From an uncultured Gammaproteobacteria bacterium (GTDB lineage Bacteria > Pseudomonadota > Gammaproteobacteria > DRLM01), in assembly GCA_963729605.1 (NCBI GenBank), contig CAVSNY010000006.1, positions 192,001 through 256,000 on the forward strand: a stretch of DNA of 64,000 bases, written 5' to 3'. The notes below the pieces were generated by a model. That model was not told the DNA's origin, searched no databases, and saw nothing but the letters and a program-made list of their open reading frames with translations. Position numbers and translations under genes: made by a program. Each line of letters starts with the position of its first letter. The first letter of the stretch is position 1. This document shows, piece after piece, positions 23,991-32,825 of the stretch.

Positions 23991-24165
23991 AACCGCCCCC
24001 TCGCTCGATCATCCACCTGCACAGTGAGGGCAAGGACCCCGAAGGGGGTCCGCCACCGCTACGCCTACGGCGCCACTATATGCTGAAGCGTGACGCCGGA
24101 AAAGCCATTGGACAGTTCGTCAATTGAGCTATGCCTCCTCACCGCATTCTCTCCGTATATAGTTC

Positions 24166-25050
24166 TCAAAAACCCTCAATAATTTCTGGGGTCAGGCCAT
24201 CAAGCTGATCAAGACTTACACTGCCATCAGGCTGTACAGATAGTGTGCGGTGAACCTTAGCAGAAGAATACTGCCCTGACTTGCAATTATGCTTCCACCA
24301 AATCACCTTGAGAACTTCCATACTGCCCGCTGGGCGGGCTGAGGATTCGTCGTTTTCGAATAGTCTTGGCAACACTTGCTTAATGGCTTGAGCATCCACA
24401 TCGCTAAACCCCGTTTTTTCCGCCAATTGCGGGTTCATACTCCCGAAGAAAACATAGGTACCCTTATCCACGCGGTGCTTCATTCCCATCGTATCAGAAC
24501 TTCTTTTTCCATCTTTGGTGTCTTCTCCACTCACACTCTTGGTTATTTGATTGCTGGAGATATCGATAGGCGCCACGCTGAACGCGGACTGTACCGTAAC
24601 TGGGCCGCGGATACCGATTGAAATGCCGGTATCGCCTTCACTACCAGCTTCCTCGCCTTTTTTGGGTTTTTGTTTTCCTTTTAATGCGAACAATTGTCCA
24701 AAGGCACGCACGTCAAACCATTTCTCACAAGCCAACTTGGCGGTGTCGCTGGAGCCAAGCTTGTTTCCCAAGAAACCTTCGGCCCTTGCTTTAAGGCTTT
24801 TGTACTCATCGACTTTCCGGTCATCCGATTGAACGAAAATCATGTTGCCGTCGTCCTCTTTCTTGCCATCAGCAACCCATCTTTCTAACAGCCGATCTCT
24901 AAGCTTTCTCTTATTACAAACATCAGTCGTTTCCCCGTAGTTGTCGTAGTCGGTGCGGGGTCGATTTCCGTTAAGCGGGTCACCATTCGGATTGGCTCGT
25001 TCAACACGAAATACAACAGCGAAATCAATTTTATTTTGCAACACGGCCAT
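24166..25050 (-). CDS. cas7c: Type I-C Cas7 (Csd2)
   Basis: NPNGDPLNGNRPR, TDVCNKRKLRD, FDVRAFG, IRGPVTV, MGMKH, FENDESSARP. Confidence 0.95.
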   Translation of the reverse strand: MAVLQNKIDFAVVFRVERANPNGDPLNGNRPRTDYDNYGETTDVCNKRKLRDRLLERWVADGKKEDDGNMIFVQSDDRKVDEYKSLKARAEGFLGNKLGSSDTAKLACEKWFDVRAFGQLFALKGKQKPKKGEEAGSEGDTGISIGIRGPVTVQSAFSVAPIDISSNQITKSVSGEDTKDGKRSSDTMGMKHRVDKGTYVFFGSMNPQLAEKTGFSDVDAQAIKQVLPRLFENDESSARPAGSMEVLKVIWWKHNCKSGQYSSAKVHRTLSVQPDGSVSLDQLDGLTPEIIEGF

Positions 25051-25052
25051 TA

Positions 25053-25469
25053 TCATTCTCCTTGGTTGGTTTGGTTTTCGGTGGTGTCTTCAGTCTCATC
25101 CACTTCCGTCCTGAATCGCAGCGATTGCCTTTGGCAGTGGTATCCCAGAAGGAATTCCCCCGAAAGTCTTGCCTCACTCATAAAATCCTTTCCGTCGAAT
25201 GCACAGATGATCCCGTCGATCAGCTTCTCCATGTTGACAAGAAAGCCTGCCGATCTGGAACGGAGACGGGTCTTATAGGGCGTCAGCGATAGCTCGATGG
25301 TCCGCCATGTCGAATAGGGATGGTCGGCAAAGCGTTGCATGAGTTTCGCGGCGCTGGTGTCCCGCTTCTCCCCAGCGAAATACAATGCTCGCCCCTCGAT
25401 GTGTTCAGCCACCGCAAGGAGGCGTCCAAAGAGGTAATCCCTTGAAGTTCTGTCCAGCTCTAACGCCAT
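25053..25469 (-). CDS. cas11: Cas11 small subunit, in-frame internal start inside cas8c (138 aa)
   Basis: AAGGAG-7 nt-ATG inside cas8c; MALELDRTSRDYLFGRLLAVAEHIE...FLLGYHCQR. Confidence 0.8.
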   Translation of the reverse strand: MALELDRTSRDYLFGRLLAVAEHIEGRALYFAGEKRDTSAAKLMQRFADHPYSTWRTIELSLTPYKTRLRSRSAGFLVNMEKLIDGIICAFDGKDFMSEARLSGEFLLGYHCQRQSLRFRTEVDETEDTTENQTNQGE

Positions 25470-26969
25470 TTGATAGCTCCTTTGCTTGTAATGTCCTCTG
25501 AACAAGGCACAGGCGATGCCGAGGTTTTTTTCCCATTCCCATTTTTCTAGCCCCGATCGATTGGCCGTCCTGCGTACGGTGGATTCCACAAGGTCCCGAG
25601 GAATGGGGCGCCCATCAATGATGCAAGGAAGCAGGCGTTCCACTGTAGCCTTGCGGAGCTTCTCGCCAGACCTGCCTTCCACTTGACGCCCATATGCGGC
25701 CTCAGCGATGTCTCTGGGCGAAGGAGCGCCCACGAATAGAAAATCCTTACTAAAATTTTGATGCCAGGCACACGATTCGTGCCATGCTTGGAGGCGTTCA
25801 ATGAATTCGGAGCCGGTCAGTTCCCGGTAATAGGTAATGGCCATGCGCCCAGGCGTCGCCGAGTCGAGCGCCATGACCACGATTTCTTCTGTTGAACCTA
25901 GTTGGGCACGATAGCCAGCTAGACGCTTATTCAGTCTGGCGGCGAAGGCTTGGCCTGCATCCCCCTGATACGTGGGCACAACATCTTCCTGCTCGGATTC
26001 CAGACCAAACATCTGGGCGGAATTAGCAAACGGATCGGGTAATGATGTGCCAGATACAGCCCATGCCACGATAACTTGATCTCCATTCTGGAATGCTTGT
26101 TTCCGATTTTTATCAAGCAGCCAGCGCAAGGCATTGTGAGATTTCTGCGTTACCTCAAATCCAACTCCTAAAACCTGATCTGCGTCCGTGAGTCGGCCAA
26201 GAAACGTAAATCCACTGAGATCATTGGAAGAAATCAACTTAGCGCCATCACCTGCATGGCGAAGCCGCTTTGGGTGACTTTGAGCCAGCACCATGTTCTT
26301 ACCGGTCACCATGCAGAAACCATGGCTCTGGTTTTGGCTGGCATCAAATCCGACCCATGCATCCATTAGGCTTTGGTCTTTCCAGGTTTCCGGCACTGGG
26401 TCTCCCGGCATCTCCACGCGCCAGCGGATCAGCGCATCCCCTTGATCGCGCATTCCCTCCTTGGCAGTGAGATACTTGAATATCTCCGGCATCGGCTGAT
26501 TGGGGTTCGGGAGAGTCAGAAGAACCGCGTCGTCATCCACATGAAGAACCGCCTCTCGGACTAGATCGGCCACCACAGTGCCTTTACAGACATACTCGAG
26601 CACAGCCTTAGCTTTGGGATGGCAGAAACTCGATTCACACCATCTCGTTAATTGCTCGGCATAGCTAGGATAGTAGGATTTCTTTTTGCCACCATATTGC
26701 GGATAGTCAGCGCCACAATATTGCACTTTGTCACACAGGGGATGTGGCGCTTCACCACTGGTGCGTCCTGCGGATTTCTCCGTTGCTGGTAACACAGTCT
26801 CTACTTTTTGGATGACCTCGGCACGCCTGAACTCGCCATTTCCATCTATAGTGATTTCGACGTGTGCTTGCTGAATCGCATGGCTAATTGGCAACAGAGG
26901 ATGGTTGGAAAACTGTGGTGCGCCATAGCATTGTTCGTAGGTATCATATAATTTTTGCATCCAGCTCAT
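25053..26969 (-). CDS. cas8c: Type I-C Cas8c (Csd1)
   Basis: MSWMQKLYDTYE, RTSGEAPHPLCDK, CMVTG, AKLISSND, DSATPGRMAITYYREL. Confidence 0.93.
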   Translation of the reverse strand: MSWMQKLYDTYEQCYGAPQFSNHPLLPISHAIQQAHVEITIDGNGEFRRAEVIQKVETVLPATEKSAGRTSGEAPHPLCDKVQYCGADYPQYGGKKKSYYPSYAEQLTRWCESSFCHPKAKAVLEYVCKGTVVADLVREAVLHVDDDAVLLTLPNPNQPMPEIFKYLTAKEGMRDQGDALIRWRVEMPGDPVPETWKDQSLMDAWVGFDASQNQSHGFCMVTGKNMVLAQSHPKRLRHAGDGAKLISSNDLSGFTFLGRLTDADQVLGVGFEVTQKSHNALRWLLDKNRKQAFQNGDQVIVAWAVSGTSLPDPFANSAQMFGLESEQEDVVPTYQGDAGQAFAARLNKRLAGYRAQLGSTEEIVVMALDSATPGRMAITYYRELTGSEFIERLQAWHESCAWHQNFSKDFLFVGAPSPRDIAEAAYGRQVEGRSGEKLRKATVERLLPCIIDGRPIPRDLVESTVRRTANRSGLEKWEWEKNLGIACALFRGHYKQRSYQMALELDRTSRDYLFGRLLAVAEHIEGRALYFAGEKRDTSAAKLMQRFADHPYSTWRTIELSLTPYKTRLRSRSAGFLVNMEKLIDGIICAFDGKDFMSEARLSGEFLLGYHCQRQSLRFRTEVDETEDTTENQTNQGE

Positions 26970-26970
26970 A

Positions 26971-27699
26971 TCAATACTCCAGACCTGCCGTCTCGATATC
27001 GACGTTGATAAGGTTCTTCCCTATGGTGAATTGCTTCGGTTGCATATCCCGAATGAACTTCCGGGTTATACATTGCTCAGGTGAATCAAACCGGATAACG
27101 CCATCGATCATCGTTGGTCGCCAGAATCGAGCTTGAAGTTTGTCTTCGCCGGTTTCATCTGGGTAGTCGAATCCATGGAAGGTCAAGCCAAAACCCAGCT
27201 CTCCAGAGCCATCGTAATGCCCTAGCCCGGAACCGAATTCGCAGGGTTCAACGTAGCCTTGGCAATCGCGGGTACCCAAAAAAATGTCCTGGCGACCACC
27301 ACGTTCAAGCATGCGCTTGGCAATTAGATGATGTTTTGATTCGTTCCGGTCATCTGCCAACTCGGGCCGATATGGATTCCATTCGAAATGCGCCCTAATC
27401 TGGTATTCGACATCCGCCAGAAAGGTATAGATGGCTAAGGTATTGCCACCGCTGAATTCCAAAGGTTTAGTGCCTTTTGTCTGGGTGCGAATGCGAGTAA
27501 TCACCCGCGCTTCGTCGATAACCCATATGAAGGTAGGCTTCCAATAAATGGATTTGGCGATACCCTTCAGTGCTTCATAGGTCGGGATGTGGTAGGAGCA
27601 TTTCTCTCCACCAATGCGTGTCAACGGGTCGGTGAATAAGGCATGGCGAGCCCATACCTTAAATTCGATACCATTCTTTCGCGAGTCAAACTCAGACAC
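26971..27699 (-). CDS. cas5c: Type I-C Cas5 (Cas5d, crRNA processing)
   Basis: ALFTDPLTRIGGEKCSYHIPTYEALKGI, IYWKP, FLGTRDC; no cas6 in the locus. Confidence 0.94.
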   Translation of the reverse strand: MSEFDSRKNGIEFKVWARHALFTDPLTRIGGEKCSYHIPTYEALKGIAKSIYWKPTFIWVIDEARVITRIRTQTKGTKPLEFSGGNTLAIYTFLADVEYQIRAHFEWNPYRPELADDRNESKHHLIAKRMLERGGRQDIFLGTRDCQGYVEPCEFGSGLGHYDGSGELGFGLTFHGFDYPDETGEDKLQARFWRPTMIDGVIRFDSPEQCITRKFIRDMQPKQFTIGKNLINVDIETAGLEY

Positions 27700-30181
27700 A
27701 ATGCACCTCCATTTTTCCTTCGGGAGTTAAACCCAGCCCGAAATCTTTGTTGTAGTATCGGGCATCCGCAAGGTAGAGAATGTCCACACCCTCCTGTATT
27801 TCATGCAAGGCATTTTCCTCCTGAAGCTTTTCCAACTGGTGAGGAAATATGTTGACGGTATATTGCTGCGCTCGACGCAGCAGCTTGAATTGCCTTTCCA
27901 CTTCGAAGGCCGAACAAAGGTCGTTAATCAACTCACGCCCAACGTCACCGTAGGGCACGATGATGCCTCGTGTTGGCGCATCGATGACTTTAAATGCGCG
28001 GGCGGCGGACATGAAGGATTGCCGGAGATAAATGTTGGGCGCGCTACCGTGATTACGCCCATATTCGTCCATCGCCAGAAAGTTTGTGGAGAGGAGATTT
28101 AACAGCGTGTCATCTCGTCCCACCGTCTGCGCGGCGAGGGGATAGTCCATTTCCTCGCTACGTGCGAAGAAGTAATAATCGAAATATTTCGCCATTGCCT
28201 GCGGCGCGAGCAGGGTGTCGCCGAAATTTTCAATACCCGCTTCGACATCGTCGAATAATCGCTCGGTGATGCCTTTGCCACACTGAATGTCCTTGAGCAT
28301 ATCCAGCTTCTCTACCGCGGGATTGATCACATGAACCCGGCCTGTCTTTCTACGACCATTGCGGTTACAGCGCCCGGCAGCCTGGGCAATGGAGTCCAAA
28401 CCGGCCGTGTAGCGGATGACTGAACCGAAATCCACATCCACGCCAGCCTCGATTAACTGGGTGCTAATGCAGATCACGGGTGACTCGTCATCTAGCAGAG
28501 CCCTAATCTTATTGAGTATATCCTTTCGGTGCGCAGGGCACATGTTGGTGCTCAAGTGAAAGGTCTGTATTCCCGGCGTTTGGTAACATAGCCTGTAAAG
28601 CTCCTGAGCGGACTTCTTGGTGTTGACGATCACGAGACAACTTCCAGCATGTTGGACCTCGTCCAGGGCGAGCCGGGCAACTTCTTCTTCTGCCCACCCA
28701 CCCGGCTTACGTCTATTCAACACATCCACGCGCTTCAGCTTATCAAACAACCCCTTTACATCAGGCATGAGTTCATCGTCACTAGTGAACTTCAGCGCGC
28801 CTTTCTTTGAATCGACTTGGTTCAGCAAGGGCTGGGTAGCGGTACATAAAACAACCGTGCTGCCACAGTGCTCCACTAAGAAATTCATCGCATTGCAAAA
28901 CAGATGCACACAGTTGATAGGTAAGGTCTGGATTTCGTCGAAGATGAGCACTGCATTGGCTAACTGATGCATCCTCCGCGCACCGCGTGTGCCACCGCCA
29001 AATAGGGTTTCAAGAAACTGCACGCTGGTAGTGAATACGACGGGGGCGTCCCAATTCTCCGTCAGCATCTTTTCCCTCCAGCCCTGTTGCTCGGGCGTGA
29101 GATTGGAGTGATGTTCAAGCACCACGCGACCACGGTCGCCCTTTTTAGGCTCGAGTATCTCGCGAGCCACCTCGGCATTCTGGTCGATGATGGATGTGAA
29201 GGGAATGACGTAAATCACCCGATCCATCTGATGACATTTCGCGTGGTGTAACGCAAAGCGCAGACTGGCCAAGGTTTTGCCGCCGCCAGTGGGTACGGTC
29301 AGAGTATAAATACCTTTTTTTCGACTACCACCGTTGCGGCAATGGTCGGAAATACTCCGTCTAATCTCATCAATAGGATCCCGGAGAGGGAATACTTGCA
29401 GGCGATTTTCAAGGCGCTCTATCAATAGAGGCCACTCGGTGTATTGGCCGCCGGGTCGATGTTTCGCCGCTCTTGGCTTCTCGAAATCAGCCGTATCGAC
29501 ACGATCTGCGTCGATCAGGCAACTGAACAGGAAACGGACGAGCAGACCTAACTTGAACTGCGTGATCTTGTTTTTACTTGGATCTAGTCCTTTGATATTG
29601 TCGCGCAGCATTACCTGGCGAATGGATTCTTTAAGAGTGTCAATCAGTCCTTGATTATTCAACAACTCGCGGAGCCGCTTGTCGATCGATGGATCCATTC
29701 TGCTCTTGGCTTCCAGGAGGTGGGTTCGATCGTCCCGCTTGCCAATCCGCCTCGTGAAAACATCTTCAACGGGTTTATTAGCGTCGGAGGACAAACAATC
29801 GATCAGGCCAGAATGATGAGAGGCAATACATAACGCAAGAAATTGACCAGAAATCCTACCCATGACTTCTTGCTGGGACAGTTCTTCCCATACAAGCTGT
29901 GCCCCTGCTGTGGAGTGATCGACCTTGCCCTTGAGCCCCTGGGCATCGACGAAATCATCTTCATCCAGATTGATCAGGCCAACAGCAGACTTAATATATG
30001 TCTGAAATTCGTCACTGTACTTACCCAAATCATGAACCAACCCAATCAGCTCTCCATGTTGCCTCAGGCCAATTTTAGCGGCGAGCGACATGGCTATATC
30101 GGCAACGCCCAATAGGTGTTCTTCCAAGCTTTGTATAGCTCGATCAGAATCTCTCTGATGCGCAATGTAAGAAACACCCAT
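27692..30181 (-). CDS. cas3: Cas3 HD nuclease-helicase
   Basis: LEEHL, HDLGK, SHHSGL, DAD; VPTGGGKT, DEIQ, TATQP, QAAGRCNR. Confidence 0.97.
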   Translation of the reverse strand: MGVSYIAHQRDSDRAIQSLEEHLLGVADIAMSLAAKIGLRQHGELIGLVHDLGKYSDEFQTYIKSAVGLINLDEDDFVDAQGLKGKVDHSTAGAQLVWEELSQQEVMGRISGQFLALCIASHHSGLIDCLSSDANKPVEDVFTRRIGKRDDRTHLLEAKSRMDPSIDKRLRELLNNQGLIDTLKESIRQVMLRDNIKGLDPSKNKITQFKLGLLVRFLFSCLIDADRVDTADFEKPRAAKHRPGGQYTEWPLLIERLENRLQVFPLRDPIDEIRRSISDHCRNGGSRKKGIYTLTVPTGGGKTLASLRFALHHAKCHQMDRVIYVIPFTSIIDQNAEVAREILEPKKGDRGRVVLEHHSNLTPEQQGWREKMLTENWDAPVVFTTSVQFLETLFGGGTRGARRMHQLANAVLIFDEIQTLPINCVHLFCNAMNFLVEHCGSTVVLCTATQPLLNQVDSKKGALKFTSDDELMPDVKGLFDKLKRVDVLNRRKPGGWAEEEVARLALDEVQHAGSCLVIVNTKKSAQELYRLCYQTPGIQTFHLSTNMCPAHRKDILNKIRALLDDESPVICISTQLIEAGVDVDFGSVIRYTAGLDSIAQAAGRCNRNGRRKTGRVHVINPAVEKLDMLKDIQCGKGITERLFDDVEAGIENFGDTLLAPQAMAKYFDYYFFARSEEMDYPLAAQTVGRDDTLLNLLSTNFLAMDEYGRNHGSAPNIYLRQSFMSAARAFKVIDAPTRGIIVPYGDVGRELINDLCSAFEVERQFKLLRRAQQYTVNIFPHQLEKLQEENALHEIQEGVDILYLADARYYNKDFGLGLTPEGKMEVHCV

Positions 30182-30225
30182 AACCTGCTACTCCTGATTT
30201 TAATTTTTTACATCCTGCCACACCC

Positions 30226-30248
30226 ACTGTCTCAAATCGTGCAGCAGT
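30226..30248. promoter_or_regulatory. Imperfect palindrome upstream of cas3, candidate WYL-regulator operator
   Basis: ACTGTCTCA-AATCG-TGCAGCAGT within the 78-bp WYL-cas3 gap. Confidence 0.35.
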
Positions 30249-30259
30249 CCCCCAAAAAA

Positions 30260-31237
30260 TTACTCTTCTCCCTCCCCATACCTCGCCGCCGCCTCCCTCA
30301 CTCGTTGAATGACCTGCGCGCGCAGTTCCGGCGGCCCCACCACCTCTACCGCCGGCCCATGCCTCAATACATCCATAATGAGTTCACGCGGGTCGCTGTA
30401 GGGCAGTCGCAGTTCGTAACGGCCGTCCGGCAGCCACTCGCCTTGTTGCTCGGGATGCCAGTGTTCGTCGGCCACCCAGCGGGCGGCCTGGGGCGTGAAG
30501 CGCAAAATGGCGGTATGGGTGGGCTCGCCGGCGAAGATGCCGTAGGCGGTCGCAAAGTGTTTATCCAGAACGGCATCGTCTATTTCTTTGGCAGGTGTGT
30601 CTTGTACGGCGCAGGTCTTGATGCGGTCGACCGAGAAGTTGCGCAGATCGTTGCGCAGGTGGCACCAGGCGTCGAGATGCCAGTTGCCGCGGTAGTGGAT
30701 GAGGCGTTGCGGCGAGAGGGTGCGATCGGTGATTTGATCCTCACCGCGGGCGTGATAGGTGATGCGCAGGCGCTTGCGCTGCATGACGGCGCCGGCGATC
30801 TGTTGAAAATATTCGGCGCCGCCGCGCGCGGCGATATTGAGGATGCGCACGCGGCGCAGCAGCTCGCCGTTGCCGAGCTGCTGCTTGTCCAATATTTCCT
30901 CGATGCGTTGACGCAGCGGCGCGAGATGGTGGTCGAGCAGGCCGGGCTGGGCGGTGGCGAGCAGCTCGTGGGCGGCGCGGAGCGCGTAGAGCTCGGAGGC
31001 GTTGAACCACAGGCCCGGCAGCTCGTAGGGGTGCTCGCCGTTGCGGGCGTAGTAGTAGCCGTTGGCGCGGCGGTCGTAATCGATGGGCGCGTGCAGATAG
31101 GCGCACATGTGCTCGATAATGCGCGCCAGCGTGGCACGCGAGCATTGCAGATTTTCCTGCAATAGCTTGCCCGCCACCGGTCGGCGTGCATCGCGCAGCA
31201 GGCCATGCAAGGCATAAATGCGATCAAACCGGTCCAT
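30260..31237 (-). CDS. HTH-WYL (YafY-family) transcriptional regulator
   Basis: MDRFDRIYAL, N-terminal HTH (CSRATLARII), ELPGLWF, RTLSPQRLIHYRGNWHLDAWCHLRNDLRNFSVDRI, WCX-like C-terminus. Confidence 0.92.
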   Translation of the reverse strand: MDRFDRIYALHGLLRDARRPVAGKLLQENLQCSRATLARIIEHMCAYLHAPIDYDRRANGYYYARNGEHPYELPGLWFNASELYALRAAHELLATAQPGLLDHHLAPLRQRIEEILDKQQLGNGELLRRVRILNIAARGGAEYFQQIAGAVMQRKRLRITYHARGEDQITDRTLSPQRLIHYRGNWHLDAWCHLRNDLRNFSVDRIKTCAVQDTPAKEIDDAVLDKHFATAYGIFAGEPTHTAILRFTPQAARWVADEHWHPEQQGEWLPDGRYELRLPYSDPRELIMDVLRHGPAVEVVGPPELRAQVIQRVREAAARYGEGEE

Positions 31238-31528
31238 CTGACATGTCTCCCCGCCATGCCGATACAAACCGCCGTATCGTGATGAATTCGGCGCCCACCC
31301 CTCTTCTCATGGGCGCTTTGGCAATGTACACGGATGCCGGGAAACTGGGAACCAGGAACAGTGATATAAATCAGAGACTCCTTAAGAGACGTGCATCCGG
31401 CCGTTTATCGCACCAAACCGGATGGGTTTAGGTCTGTGATATATTGGCTGTCCACAGGGAGGCCGGCCGGTCATTCCGTCCCAGCGGGGGCGACAGGAAT
31501 CTCCATTCATGCATTCGGTTTAAACAAC

Positions 31529-32527
31529 ATGACGATGAAACAGCGGTATCAGTCCGTTCCAACACTGCTATCCGGTCTTTTGCTCACACTCTCATTAAGC
31601 GGTTGTCTCAGCGACGGCAGTGAGTTGATCCCGGCGGAGCAAAATGTCAGCCGTCCCGATGGCGTCTTCGTGGGTCTGGGCGTCAATCCGGTCTATGCCT
31701 GGAATGTCGGCCCCATCGCGTCGCTCACGGTGGTGCGCACCTCCAATCCCACCACTCCGGTGTGGGGCTTCAGTGTATTCACCGGCGACCTCGTGCCGTC
31801 CCCGGTCACCCATGGCGATAATGTGCCCAACGGTTCCCAATCGGTGGGCGGTACCGAGCCCACCCTCACCCCTGGCGTACAATATCGCGTGTTGATCGAA
31901 CGCCGCACCGAAGGAAGAACCTTTACCGCCTTTTTCGTCCCGCCCGATGGCAGCAACAGCGGAATACCCACCCAACTCTCCCGTTCCGCGGCAAGCGTCC
32001 GCGCCTTGTCGATGGCGGACGCCGACTGGAGCGGCGACGGCGGCGGCCGGCTGGACAAAGATGCGCCCGGTCTGAAAAACGTGGTGGCGATCGCCGCGGG
32101 CGGCGCGCACAGCCTGGCCGTCACCGCCGAGGGTACGGTGTGGAGTTGGGGCGCCAACGGCAGCGGTCAATTGGGCGACGGCAGCACGGCGGACAGCGCA
32201 GTGCCGGTGCAAGTGCGGGGCTTGAGTAATGTAACCGCCGTCGCGGCGGGCGACCGCCACTCGCTGGCGCTCACCGCGGACGGGGCGATGTGGGCCTGGG
32301 GCGAGAACAGCAACAGCCAATTGGGCGACGGTACTACCGTCAATCGCAATACGCCGGTGCCGGTGGCCTTGATGGACAAGGTGGCGGCCATCGCCGCGGG
32401 TCAGCTGCATTCCATGGCACTGGCGGAAGACGGCACGGTGTGGAGTTGGGGCGATAACACGCGCGGCCAGTTAGGCGACGGCACCGTCGCCGGCGCGGCG
32501 GCCCCGGTGCGGGTCACCAAGCAATAG
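31529..32527 (+). CDS. RCC1-repeat lipoprotein
   Basis: Lipobox LSGC; three repeats of (I/V)AAGxxHS(L/M)A...G(T/A)(V/M)W(S/A)WGxNxxxQLGDG. Confidence 0.85.
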   Translation: MTMKQRYQSVPTLLSGLLLTLSLSGCLSDGSELIPAEQNVSRPDGVFVGLGVNPVYAWNVGPIASLTVVRTSNPTTPVWGFSVFTGDLVPSPVTHGDNVPNGSQSVGGTEPTLTPGVQYRVLIERRTEGRTFTAFFVPPDGSNSGIPTQLSRSAASVRALSMADADWSGDGGGRLDKDAPGLKNVVAIAAGGAHSLAVTAEGTVWSWGANGSGQLGDGSTADSAVPVQVRGLSNVTAVAAGDRHSLALTADGAMWAWGENSNSQLGDGTTVNRNTPVPVALMDKVAAIAAGQLHSMALAEDGTVWSWGDNTRGQLGDGTVAGAAAPVRVTKQ

Positions 32528-32646
32528 GCGCGGGAACCCGCGGGCAGCGCCATCACCCGCGCTGTATGAATGAGCATGGCGCTTTTACTGGAGCCTATCT
32601 CATTCATTGTGAGAGGTTCTGAGAGTCAAGGGGCATCTCCTTGGCG

Positions 32647-32743
32647 CCCTCACCCCTACCCTCTCCCGCCCGCGGGAGAGGGGGATACATTCTCCGCGCA
32701 GCCGCATCTAGATACCCTATCCTCTCCCGCCCGCGGGAGAGGG
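32647..32743 (+). repeat. Two tandem REP-like palindromes (CCTCTCCCGCCCGCGGGAGAGG)
   Basis: Copies at 32647-32684 and 32715-32743; same family as copies near 36813, 36872, 38045 and 40978. Confidence 0.75.
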
Positions 32744-32825
32744 AGTGAAAGATAGCGATGCAAATTCCGGTCAAATCATTGCCCTGCTTGGCGTCCTTGG
32801 CGGTTAACCCGCTTACACAAACACC

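Noticed and set aside
24025-24070. Hairpin between cas7 and hicB as a CreA-like mini-array repeat
   Set aside because: No ATTGAAAC-like handle, no second repeat and no evident promoter-matching spacer
31470-31504. GTCATTCC...GGAATCTC REP-like palindrome
   Set aside because: Single degenerate copy in the window; cannot support a repeat family
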